A stretch of 64,000 nt of DNA from a virus (lineage: Duplodnaviria; Caudoviricetes), in IMG/VR virus record IMGVR_UViG_3300031992_000074, positions 1-64,000 of that record, one strand, 5' to 3'. The stretch's first letter is position 1; each line of letters starts with the position of its first letter. The position numbers were made by a program, and so were the translations under genes. The notes beneath the pieces were generated by a model that searched no databases, had not been told where the DNA came from, and saw only the letters and a program-made list of their open reading frames with translations. Below, piece by piece: positions 19,458 through 28,166 of the stretch.

Positions 19458-22400
19458 ATGAAAAGAGATTATATATCTATCCACAATCACACCGAATTCT
19501 CTAACATTAAAGTTATTGATAGTATCAACAGAGCTTCTGAGCTAATTGATTATGCTTGGGAGCTTAATTTAGGAGGACTAGCAATCACTGAACATGATTG
19601 TTTAAGCGGTGTAATTAAATTAATAGAAGCATATAGAAAGAAATTAGATAAAGAATGGGAAAATGCTTTCCCTGATAAAGAAAATGTTCACAATTATGAA
19701 CAAATGTCAAAAGATTTAGATTTTAAAGTGATTATTGGTAATGAGATTTATCTTAGTGAAGAAGGACTATGCGAAGGTGGGTATGGTCATTTTTGGCATT
19801 TAATTTTATTAGCAAAAGATGAAGAAGGTTGGAAACAATTAAAGCAATTAAGCTCTGCCGCATGGAAACGTGCGTGGTTTAGAGGAATTTTAAGAACTCC
19901 AACTTATCCAAGTGATTTATTTAAGTTTGTTAAAGGTGGACATTTAATTTGTTCTACTGCTTGTTTAGGTAGTTATCCTGCATGGTGTTGGAAACAAATT
20001 AAATCAGCACGTGAAGGAGATGGATTTTTAGACTATCCTGAAGAGGGACATGATGAGCAATATTATCTTGATAAATTAGATAATCATTTAGCAGGAATGC
20101 AAGAACTATTTGGTGCAGATAACTTCTTTATTGAACTTCAACCTAATGAACCAGGTAGCGAACAAAATGAATATAATGAATTTATGATTAATAGATATAA
20201 AGGAATTTATCCTTTTGTATTTAGTACAGACTCTCATTATATGAAAGAAGAATTAAGACAAATACATACTGACTTTTTAGCATCAAAAAGTTCAGAAGAT
20301 AGAGAAATAACTTCATTTTATAAGTATGCTTATATGATGAGTCAAGATGAAGTTCATAACCGTATGAGTGATTATGCTGACGAAGAGTTCTTTAATAAAA
20401 TGGTAGAGAACACAAAATATATTGGTGAACAATGCCATTATTATCCTCTTGAGCAACCTAAAGTTATAGCAAAAGTAGAATATGAACATTATGATGATTA
20501 TGAGCAAGATTTAGAAGTATTTAATGATGTAACTAAAGAAGAATATCCTTATTTTTATGAATATCTTCATACAGATAATAAAGCAGACCATTATTTTATG
20601 GAATTGATTGCTCACGGTTTTATTAAAAAATATCAAGAAGATTGGAACACTGAAACTTATTATAAACGACTTGAAGAAGAATTATGGACAATTCGTGAAG
20701 TAGGTAATGGTATTAATCAATCAATGAGCGACTACTTTACTTGTATGAGTAAAATGGTTAATTTAATGTGGGAAGCCGGTTCTTTGGTTGGTCCAAGCCG
20801 TGGTTCCGCAGGAGCATTATTAATAAATTATTTATTAGATATAACACAAATTGATCCGATATTTTTAGATTTGCCTTATGTATGGCGTTTTATGCATCCA
20901 TCTAGACCAGACTATCCAGATATTGATGTTGACTCTGAGTCAGATAAGCGTCAAGCAGTATTTAATAAAATAAGAGATTATTTTAGAAGTATTGGTGGAG
21001 ATGTTATTAATGTTTGTACATTTGGTACTGAAGGAACTAAGTCCGCATTAAAAACTGCGGCAAGAGGTCTTAATATTAATTTGGACGAAGTTGCTTATGT
21101 AAGTTCAATGGTTCCGAATGAAAGAGGTTTCGATTGGAGCTTACATGATTGTTATTATGGTAATGGCGACGATCGTTCACCTATTAGCGCTTTTAAAAAA
21201 GAAATGAATGCAAATCCGCAATGGTGGAAATTAGCACAAAGTATCGAAGGATTAGTAACAAGACTTGGTGTTCACGCATCAGGAGTTGTCTGTGTAAATG
21301 GAGATTTTATTGAACACGGAAGTTATATGAAAACTAATAGTGAACAATTAGTAACAGCTTTTGACTTACACGACCAAGAAAAATGTGCATTAATTAAATA
21401 TGATATGTTAACTGTTTCTGCTCTTGACCGTATTCATCAATGTATGAATTATATGTTGGAAACAGGAGATATGGAATGGAAAGGTTCATTAAAAGAAACT
21501 TATGATTATTATATTAATCCTAATAAGTTAGATTATAAAACACCTGAAATGTGGGATATGGCAGCGCAAGGTAAGATTCGTGCATTGTTCCAGTTCGATA
21601 CAATCGTAGGTGGTCAAAGTATTAAATATATTGAACCTAAAAACTTACAACAATTGGCTATCGCAAACTCAATAATGAGATTAATGGCACCAGAAGGTGA
21701 AGATCAGCCAATAGATATTTATGTTAAATATAAGAGAGTTCCGCAATTATGGTATAATGATATGAAAAATGCGGGATTAAATGATGATGAAATAAAAGTG
21801 CTTGAAAAGTATTTAAAAGTTAAAAATGGTGTTGCGGACTCACAAGAAGTAGTTATGCAGCTATCAATGGACCCACAAATTAGTGGATTCTCAATGAAAG
21901 ACGCCAATAGATTAAGAAAAATTATTGCAAAGAAAAACTTTAAAGATATTGAAAGTATGCATGAGTTCTATCTTGAAAGCGGCGAAAAACTTGGTACAAG
22001 TAAAGCAATGTTAAATTATGTTTGGGACAAACAATTTAAGTTATCATTTGGTTATTCATTCTCGACAATTCATACAACAGGTTATAGTGTTATTGCTGTT
22101 CAAGAAATGAATTTAGCTTATCATTATCCATCAATTTATTGGAACTGTGCTTGTTTAAGTGTAGATAGTAGTGCGATTAGTGCGCAAGACTTCTATAACT
22201 TAATTGATGATGGCGTAATTGAAGTAGATGAAGATGAAAAGAAAAAAGTAGCAAGTAAGATGGATTATTCAAAGATTGCGGCAGCACTTAGTGATTTCCG
22301 TAGTAATACATCAATTTTATTGCCAGATATAAATAAGTCTAGATTGAGTTTTACACCAGATGCAGAAGATAACACAATTTTATATGGTTTAAAGGGTATC

Positions 22401-23474
22401 ACAAAAGTAACTGACCCAGCAATAGAAGAAATAATGATGAATAGACCATTCTCATCATTAAATGACTTTTTAGATAGAACAACTAAAAAGACAGTATCAT
22501 CTGATAAAGTATTAAACTTAATTAAAGCAGGTGCATTTAATGAAATTGAGGGTAAATCAACAAGAGAGATATTAGTAAATTATATTGATATGACAAGTGA
22601 TAAAAAGAGTAAATTAACTTTACAAAATGCAAATGCATTAATAGATAGAAACTTGTTTCCTGAAGAATTATATAAAGAGTGTGAAGTATATAAATTAACA
22701 AAAGAATTAAGAAAGCATAGAAGTGCGGACAAACTTTGGTATAGAGTAGATTTTGGTTTTCCAGGTGAAAAAGAAGAAATTTGGAGAGAAGTATTTAAAG
22801 CATCTAAACCTAAAATCGAATATATTGACGATGTCCCTGTTATTAACTCTGATGCGTGGGATAATTATTATGACCGCAATATGGATAAGTTAAGAGCATA
22901 TATTAAAAATAATAGTGCAGAACTATTAGAGAAATTAAATAACTCATTGTTTCAAGAAAGATGGGATAAATATTGTCAAGGAGACGAACTTGATTGGCAA
23001 CTTGAAAGTTTAAATTTCTTCTTTGACGGACATCCATTAAATAGAGCAATAAAAGAAATTAGTATAGATTTAACTCCTTTAAAATATTTAGAGGAAGATG
23101 CTCAAGATGGTTTCTTTGTTATAAAAGGTAAAGAGATACCTAAAATGAAATTGTATAGTATTGCTGGAACAGTTATTGATAGTAACACAACAAAAAGTAC
23201 AGTAACTATTCAAACTCCTGATGGCGTTATAACTTTAAAGATTTTTAAGAGTTTATACTCAATATTTGATAAAGTTGTATATAGTGTAGATGGAATGGAC
23301 GTAGTTCAAGATAGTTTCTTTGCAAAAGGAACAAATTTATTGATAACTGGTATTAAAAGAGGTTCGACTTTTGTACCAAAGGTATATAAATCAACAGGTA
23401 GAAAAGCAATATTAAAAATAAACTTAACTAAGGATAGACATTTTAAAAATTTTGAAGAAAAATTGGAGATTTAA
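19458..23474 (+). CDS. dnaE: DNA polymerase III alpha subunit (family C), 1338 aa
   Basis: PHP domain (IHNHTEFS, AITEH, DSHY), GPSRGSAG, PDYPDIDVD, GVHASG, KYDML, GYSFSTIH. 25 Trp, all TGG. Confidence 0.95.
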   Translation: MKRDYISIHNHTEFSNIKVIDSINRASELIDYAWELNLGGLAITEHDCLSGVIKLIEAYRKKLDKEWENAFPDKENVHNYEQMSKDLDFKVIIGNEIYLSEEGLCEGGYGHFWHLILLAKDEEGWKQLKQLSSAAWKRAWFRGILRTPTYPSDLFKFVKGGHLICSTACLGSYPAWCWKQIKSAREGDGFLDYPEEGHDEQYYLDKLDNHLAGMQELFGADNFFIELQPNEPGSEQNEYNEFMINRYKGIYPFVFSTDSHYMKEELRQIHTDFLASKSSEDREITSFYKYAYMMSQDEVHNRMSDYADEEFFNKMVENTKYIGEQCHYYPLEQPKVIAKVEYEHYDDYEQDLEVFNDVTKEEYPYFYEYLHTDNKADHYFMELIAHGFIKKYQEDWNTETYYKRLEEELWTIREVGNGINQSMSDYFTCMSKMVNLMWEAGSLVGPSRGSAGALLINYLLDITQIDPIFLDLPYVWRFMHPSRPDYPDIDVDSESDKRQAVFNKIRDYFRSIGGDVINVCTFGTEGTKSALKTAARGLNINLDEVAYVSSMVPNERGFDWSLHDCYYGNGDDRSPISAFKKEMNANPQWWKLAQSIEGLVTRLGVHASGVVCVNGDFIEHGSYMKTNSEQLVTAFDLHDQEKCALIKYDMLTVSALDRIHQCMNYMLETGDMEWKGSLKETYDYYINPNKLDYKTPEMWDMAAQGKIRALFQFDTIVGGQSIKYIEPKNLQQLAIANSIMRLMAPEGEDQPIDIYVKYKRVPQLWYNDMKNAGLNDDEIKVLEKYLKVKNGVADSQEVVMQLSMDPQISGFSMKDANRLRKIIAKKNFKDIESMHEFYLESGEKLGTSKAMLNYVWDKQFKLSFGYSFSTIHTTGYSVIAVQEMNLAYHYPSIYWNCACLSVDSSAISAQDFYNLIDDGVIEVDEDEKKKVASKMDYSKIAAALSDFRSNTSILLPDINKSRLSFTPDAEDNTILYGLKGITKVTDPAIEEIMMNRPFSSLNDFLDRTTKKTVSSDKVLNLIKAGAFNEIEGKSTREILVNYIDMTSDKKSKLTLQNANALIDRNLFPEELYKECEVYKLTKELRKHRSADKLWYRVDFGFPGEKEEIWREVFKASKPKIEYIDDVPVINSDAWDNYYDRNMDKLRAYIKNNSAELLEKLNNSLFQERWDKYCQGDELDWQLESLNFFFDGHPLNRAIKEISIDLTPLKYLEEDAQDGFFVIKGKEIPKMKLYSIAGTVIDSNTTKSTVTIQTPDGVITLKIFKSLYSIFDKVVYSVDGMDVVQDSFFAKGTNLLITGIKRGSTFVPKVYKSTGRKAILKINLTKDRHFKNFEEKLEI

Positions 23475-23476
23475 TT

Positions 23477-24589
23477 ATGAACATAATGATATGAGATATA
23501 GAATGATACTATGCCGCAGATAAAACTAATTTAATAAATGTTGATGCTATGAAAATAAGTAGCTATCACAAACAACGCGGCGATAATGTCTATCTAGTCA
23601 AATCAAAGTTCGATATTAAAAGAGAGTGGGATATAATGTATATCTGTAAAGAAAATATGGATAGTCCCACTCCTCCGTTAAGTTTAACATTAAATAATCC
23701 AAAAATAATAAAAATTGGTAATGGCTGAAAAAAATCAGACTCATTAAGCAAAATTGTTGCCGCTTGCCGTCCAGATTATTTATTATATCCTAATATGCAG
23801 AAACAAAATAATACTGCTATTGAAAGGTCTGAATATTGACGTTTCCTTGATGATGAAGGAAATTTGTTGCCGCTTATTCAAGATGCTTCAAGACAAGAGA
23901 AAAAGAATTTTGTTGTAGTATCCGATAAAAATTTATGGAGTAAAAATGAAGAAATTATTTTACAAGTTCTCAAAAAAATACAGGATTTAGGAAAATATGT
24001 TTCATTTTTAGAACCAATTTCAATAGAAAAATTGTTGTCTAATAAAATACTAACACAACAATTTTTAGAATTAAAATTCAAACAAAATAATAATATTAGA
24101 TGGACTGAATTAAATCTTGATAATATAGATAGTTTTATTTATTTCTATCAAGAGTTTAAAAGAGAACATAAAAATATTATATTTCAACCATTAGAAATAA
24201 ACCTAGATAATTTCACAATAGAAAAAATATTAGAATATACAAATATGATTGCAAGATGTTTCTTATGTGGTTTACCTATAACAATAAAATGTAATAAAAA
24301 TAAAAAGTATCCTCAAATTGTGAATATACTAAGCGATTACATAAATAGCGGCAAAAAATTGTCTTGATTAGAATACATTACATATCGTTATCATAAAAAT
24401 ATTAAGGATAATTCGTCCGCTGTTAAGTTATGGCTTAGTCCTAATAAGTGGAATAGTAATTTTAGAGAATTATTAAGATTAACTTATAAAAATATATCTT
24501 TTTTATGTATTAGACCAAATAAAACATTTCTAAATAAAAATGATATTCCTTTTAATACCTTTGAAAAAACTTTTAAATACAATATATAG
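23477..24589 (+). CDS. Hypothetical protein, 370 aa (5 TGA=Trp); N-terminus resembles phage radical-SAM-associated proteins but has no CxxxCxxC
   Basis: Continuous frame from ATG 23477 to TAG 24587 when TGA=W; motifs MKISSYHKQRGDNV and CRPDYLLYP. Confidence 0.6.
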
Positions 24590-24599
24590 GAGTGGTAAA

Positions 24600-25193
24600 A
24601 TGAAATTAAAGAAAAGTAAATTTATATGTATCTTAGATACTGAAACAACAGATGTCTATTGAAATACTTGCGCACCAATCCAAATCGCCGCAGAAATATG
24701 TGATGCTGAAGGAAATATAGTTGATACTTTCAATGAAAGAATTAAGACAACTCATAGAATTGATCCAGGTGCAAGTGAAGTTCATGGAATTTATGCTGAA
24801 GATTTAGTGAATTGCCGTAAAGAAAGTGAAGTAATATTAGATTTTTGTGCATGAATGCAAAACTGAAATTGTGATACAATATTAACTTATAATGGTGAAG
24901 TTTTTGATAGACCAATGCTTAATTTGAGATGTAAGTTATTTAAGATTGACACTCCTTATTTTGATAAAGATAAATATGGTATTGATGTATATGCAAGAGA
25001 TGTTAAAGATGCAAAAAAATTAAATTTGTATGGTTTAAAATCATTAGGAAGAAAATGAAAATTAACATTAGTAAGTGAATTATTAGGCATAAATACAGAG
25101 CATGCTCACGATGCACTTGCGGATGTAGATATGACTAGACAGGTATTTTATAAACTTGACCCGCTAATTCATCCTGAGGATTGAGAAAAATAA
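24600..25193 (+). CDS. dnaQ: DEDDh 3'-5' exonuclease (Pol III epsilon-like), 197 aa (5 TGA=Trp); absent from ORF track
   Basis: ExoI LDTETT, VHGI, ExoII YNGEVFDRPML, ExoIII HAHDALADV. TGAs at 24660, 24852, 24864, 25056, 25182. Confidence 0.9.
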
Positions 25194-25220
25194 AAGAGCG
25201 ATTACTCGCCCTTTTTTATT
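25192..25220. terminator. Probable bidirectional terminator at convergent gene ends
   Basis: AAAAGAGCGA-TTAC-TCGCCCTTTTTT between dnaQ (+) and holin (-). Confidence 0.55.
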
Positions 25221-25224
25221 TTAT

Positions 25225-25596
25225 CTATTTATTTTTTGACTTTTTAATAGCAACTTCAATTTGTCCTTTAATCCATTGTTCTACATCACCGTAATTTTCA
25301 GTAATAAATTCAATAGATTTTGGAGCTAATTGATTTTTAACATAAGTAACAGTATCATTTAATGCTTTTTCTTGTGCTTCTTTATCTCATAAATTTGTTC
25401 CTTTAATTGCTTCAACATATGTTTGATATGTATAATCAACTCCATCAGAGATTAAATTTAATGCACCAGTAAGAATTTTTTGTGCTTTTTCGTTTTTGAT
25501 TTTGGTTCTAATTAAATTCATTACAAAAGCGCCAACTCCTGTAATAATTGCACCAACAATTCAAATAACAATCTTAGTTACTATATCTTGCCACAT
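25225..25596 (-). CDS. Putative holin (single N-terminal TM, LL-H-like), 123 aa (2 TGA=Trp)
   Basis: MWQDIVTKIVIW*IVGAIITGVGAFVM.. TM, VDYTYQTYVEAIK..W*DKEAQEKA..YGDVEQWIKGQIE; GGGAG RBS. Confidence 0.65.
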
Positions 25597-25611
25597 ATTT
25601 TCATCTCCCTT

Positions 25612-26049
25612 TTATTTTAATAATGCTATTATTATAGCTGTAATTCCGCTTATTACTGCAGCTATGGTCGCAGCATAAAAAGCTCATTTACCTTTTATTT
25701 TTTCTCTTTTTTCTTCTGAACTTAACTTTTGTTGTTCTTGCATGGCTTTTATTTGACCTTCAAGATTACTTACTCTCCCTTCTAAAACATCACTTTTTTG
25801 AAATAATTCTTTAGCTTTATTTCTGTTTGTTAAATATTTATTTTCAATCTCTTCATCGATTTTTTTTATTTCTTCTTGTTGAGATAGTTGCAATTGTAAC
25901 AATTTCTCTTGATTAACAACTACATCATCTAATTTTTTTGATACATTATCTAATGATTTTGTAGTTGTAGCAAGACTCGCTTCTGTATGTCCTATTGTCT
26001 CAGTTAGCGAGAAAAGTCGAGTAAGAATAGTTTGTTCATCTATTGGCAT
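25612..26049 (-). CDS. Coiled-coil protein with C-terminal TM helix (XhlA/holin-accessory-like), 145 aa (1 TGA=Trp)
   Basis: The track ORF continues through TGA 25684 into AFYAATIAAVISGITAIIIALLK-TAA. Confidence 0.7.
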
Positions 26050-26098
26050 AATTAATCACCACCGCAAATAAATGCTTCTCTTATCCTATTTATATTAT

Positions 26099-26134
26099 AA
26101 TTCGCCGACGCGAAATTAGCAATTTTCGAAAATT
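26099..26134. promoter_or_regulatory. Two adjacent dyads in a divergent intergenic gap (operator-like)
   Basis: TTCGC-CGAC-GCGAA (26101-26114) and perfect palindrome AATTTTCGAAAATT (26121-26134). Confidence 0.4.
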
Positions 26135-26160
26135 AATACTATACTATTTATATACAGGAG

Positions 26161-26346
26161 ATGATAATTATGGAAATTAAAATCAATGGAATCGAACAAA
26201 ATATTTGCGATTTTTCAACAGATATTTTGATTATAGAAAAAAGTAGAATAGAGAAAAAAATTTGTAATATGGAATACATTTCTGCAGAAGAAATAACATC
26301 ACTTGCAGTCATTGAACAAGAGTTAGAAAGAAGAAGTGAGTGCTAA
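26161..26346 (+). CDS. Small hypothetical protein
   Basis: AGGAG RBS; stop overlaps the next ATG. Confidence 0.55.
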   Translation: MIIMEIKINGIEQNICDFSTDILIIEKSRIEKKICNMEYISAEEITSLAVIEQELERRSEC

Positions 26347-27074
26347 TGGCAAAGTTATCTGCGGAAAAAATCAATGAAGAACTACAAGAAAAAGGATTTG
26401 AATTAGTAGATAGTAGTGGATATGAAAATTTAACAAGTTTTATTACTATTAAATGTCCTAAAGGTCATATCACTCAAACTAATTTAAAAAGTTTTAGACA
26501 TGAAAGTTATCAATGTCCAGAATGTGATAAAAGCGTAGATTTTAGTAATCCTACCAATGTACCTGATAAGGGAGATAAATTCCGTGTTATTGCTTTTGAC
26601 CAAGCAACAGAGCATTTTGGATTAAGTATTTTTGATGATGGAAAATTAGTATATTATAAATTATTTGTATTTACTGGTTCTGCTATCAATAGAATGGTAA
26701 AAATTAGAAAGATGATAGATGAACTTGTAATTAAACAATGAAAACCAGACTATATTGTTTTTGAAGATATACAATATCAAAATGGATACATAACTTTTAA
26801 AACTCTTGCTATGTTATTAGGTGTAGTTCACGAAGTATGCCAAGCTAATGATGTTCCTTTTGAATGTGTTAGTCCTAATGTCTGACGTAAATATGCAGGA
26901 ACGTGCGGCAAAACTAGACAAGAAGAAAAAATGTTATCAATAGCAGTAGTAAAAGAAAAATATAATGTGTCTGTAACTGACGATGTTGCGGAAGCAATAT
27001 TGATTGGTCGATACGGCGCGGCACATCACTACGCTCAAGGACAAGTTTTATTTGGAAAGAAAAAAACCTCTTAA
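26346..27074 (+). CDS. ruvC: RuvC-like Holliday junction resolvase with N-terminal Zn ribbon, 242 aa (2 TGA=Trp)
   Basis: CPKGH..CPEC; IAFDQAT, W*KPDYIVFEDIQ, VSPNVW*RK, TDDVAEAILIG. Confidence 0.8.
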
Positions 27075-27090
27075 TTGAGGTTTTTATTTT
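27062..27090. terminator. Bidirectional intrinsic terminator
   Basis: AAAAACCTC-TTAATT-GAGGTTTTT at convergent gene ends. Confidence 0.75.
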
Positions 27091-28109
27091 TGTGTTAATT
27101 TATTAACTAAACTAATTAATTGATTAATTTGTTCTTGTTGATTATCAATAATTGCTTGTTGCTCTTGAATAGCCTTCCAAGCAATATATACAAGCTTTGA
27201 TTCTTTTACTGACATATAATCACCATTTTCGCCGCTTGCTTGTTGATTTGCAACTAAACTAAAAGTTCCTGCATTAACTTTTAATGCTTCTTGCGCAATA
27301 AGACCGATTGAGTCAGTATTATCTGATTTATATTTAAAATTATAAACTGGAAGTGATTTAATAATATCTAATGCGGAAAAATTTGACTTACCTATATCAG
27401 TTTTTGCTCGTCTATCTGAAGTTGCATTAAAATATGTTGCTTCAATATAACTATCTGAATGAATATAATTTTGAACAAATAAATATCCATTATTTGCACC
27501 TGAACTTGATTTTCTAATTACTGCATAGTTTTGAATATATAATGGAATATTAAATAATCCTTTAGTATATGATATATCAGCTGATGGTGAATAGGTTCCT
27601 CCACTATCACTGAAAGCGGCTATTGAAAAACCATAATAATTAGTATTATTAGTTAATGCAAAACATATTGGATTATTTTGAAAATAGCTTTGAGAATAGT
27701 CTACAGTAGGAGTAGTAAGCAATATCTTAGTTCCTGAAACTCCTTCAAAAAATAATTGTGTATTATTTATTGATAGTGTTGCCTTACTGCTATCTGTTCC
27801 ACCTTTAAGATAAATACCATTATTATTATGACCAATCTCGCCTTTATATGCACCAATTGTATTATTACTATTTACATTAAAAATTAAAGTACTTAATATG
27901 TGAAAATCGTTATTTAATCTACCATTAGATGCATTTGTTGTAATAATATTACCAAAATCAGTAGTACTTTGATTACTTTCTTTAATTATTGTAGGAGTAA
28001 TCATATTACCAGCAGTAGGATCGTCTATTTGTTCAAAATCTATTTTAAAAGATGTTGCTCGACTTGTTAATCCTTTAATATGTTTATAAAAATATGCCAT
28101 TTTTATCAC
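27084..28109 (-). CDS. Tail fibre/spike with C-terminal Peptidase_S74 intramolecular chaperone
   Basis: TSDRRAKTDI...YNFKYK...IGLIAQE...AWKAIQEQQ coiled coil. Confidence 0.8.
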   Translation of the reverse strand: MIKMAYFYKHIKGLTSRATSFKIDFEQIDDPTAGNMITPTIIKESNQSTTDFGNIITTNASNGRLNNDFHILSTLIFNVNSNNTIGAYKGEIGHNNNGIYLKGGTDSSKATLSINNTQLFFEGVSGTKILLTTPTVDYSQSYFQNNPICFALTNNTNYYGFSIAAFSDSGGTYSPSADISYTKGLFNIPLYIQNYAVIRKSSSGANNGYLFVQNYIHSDSYIEATYFNATSDRRAKTDIGKSNFSALDIIKSLPVYNFKYKSDNTDSIGLIAQEALKVNAGTFSLVANQQASGENGDYMSVKESKLVYIAWKAIQEQQAIIDNQQEQINQLISLVNKLTQK

Positions 28110-28132
28110 CCGTTTTAATTATAATATTTATT

Positions 28133-28166
28133 GGAGGAGAAATCAAATTCTCCTCCTTTTATTTTT
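28133..28166. terminator. Intrinsic terminator
   Basis: GGAGGAGAA...TTCTCCTCC inverted repeat flanked by A/T runs. Confidence 0.7.

Noticed and set aside
136-22000. Short track ORFs overlapping real genes (136-348, 2100-2384, 5910-6107, 7750-7983, 10781-11065, 11507-11926, 12290-12514, 16113-16343, 18223-18964, 20313-20507, 21719-21907)
   Set aside because: Antisense or off-frame shadows of well-supported genes, with no RBS or recognisable motifs.
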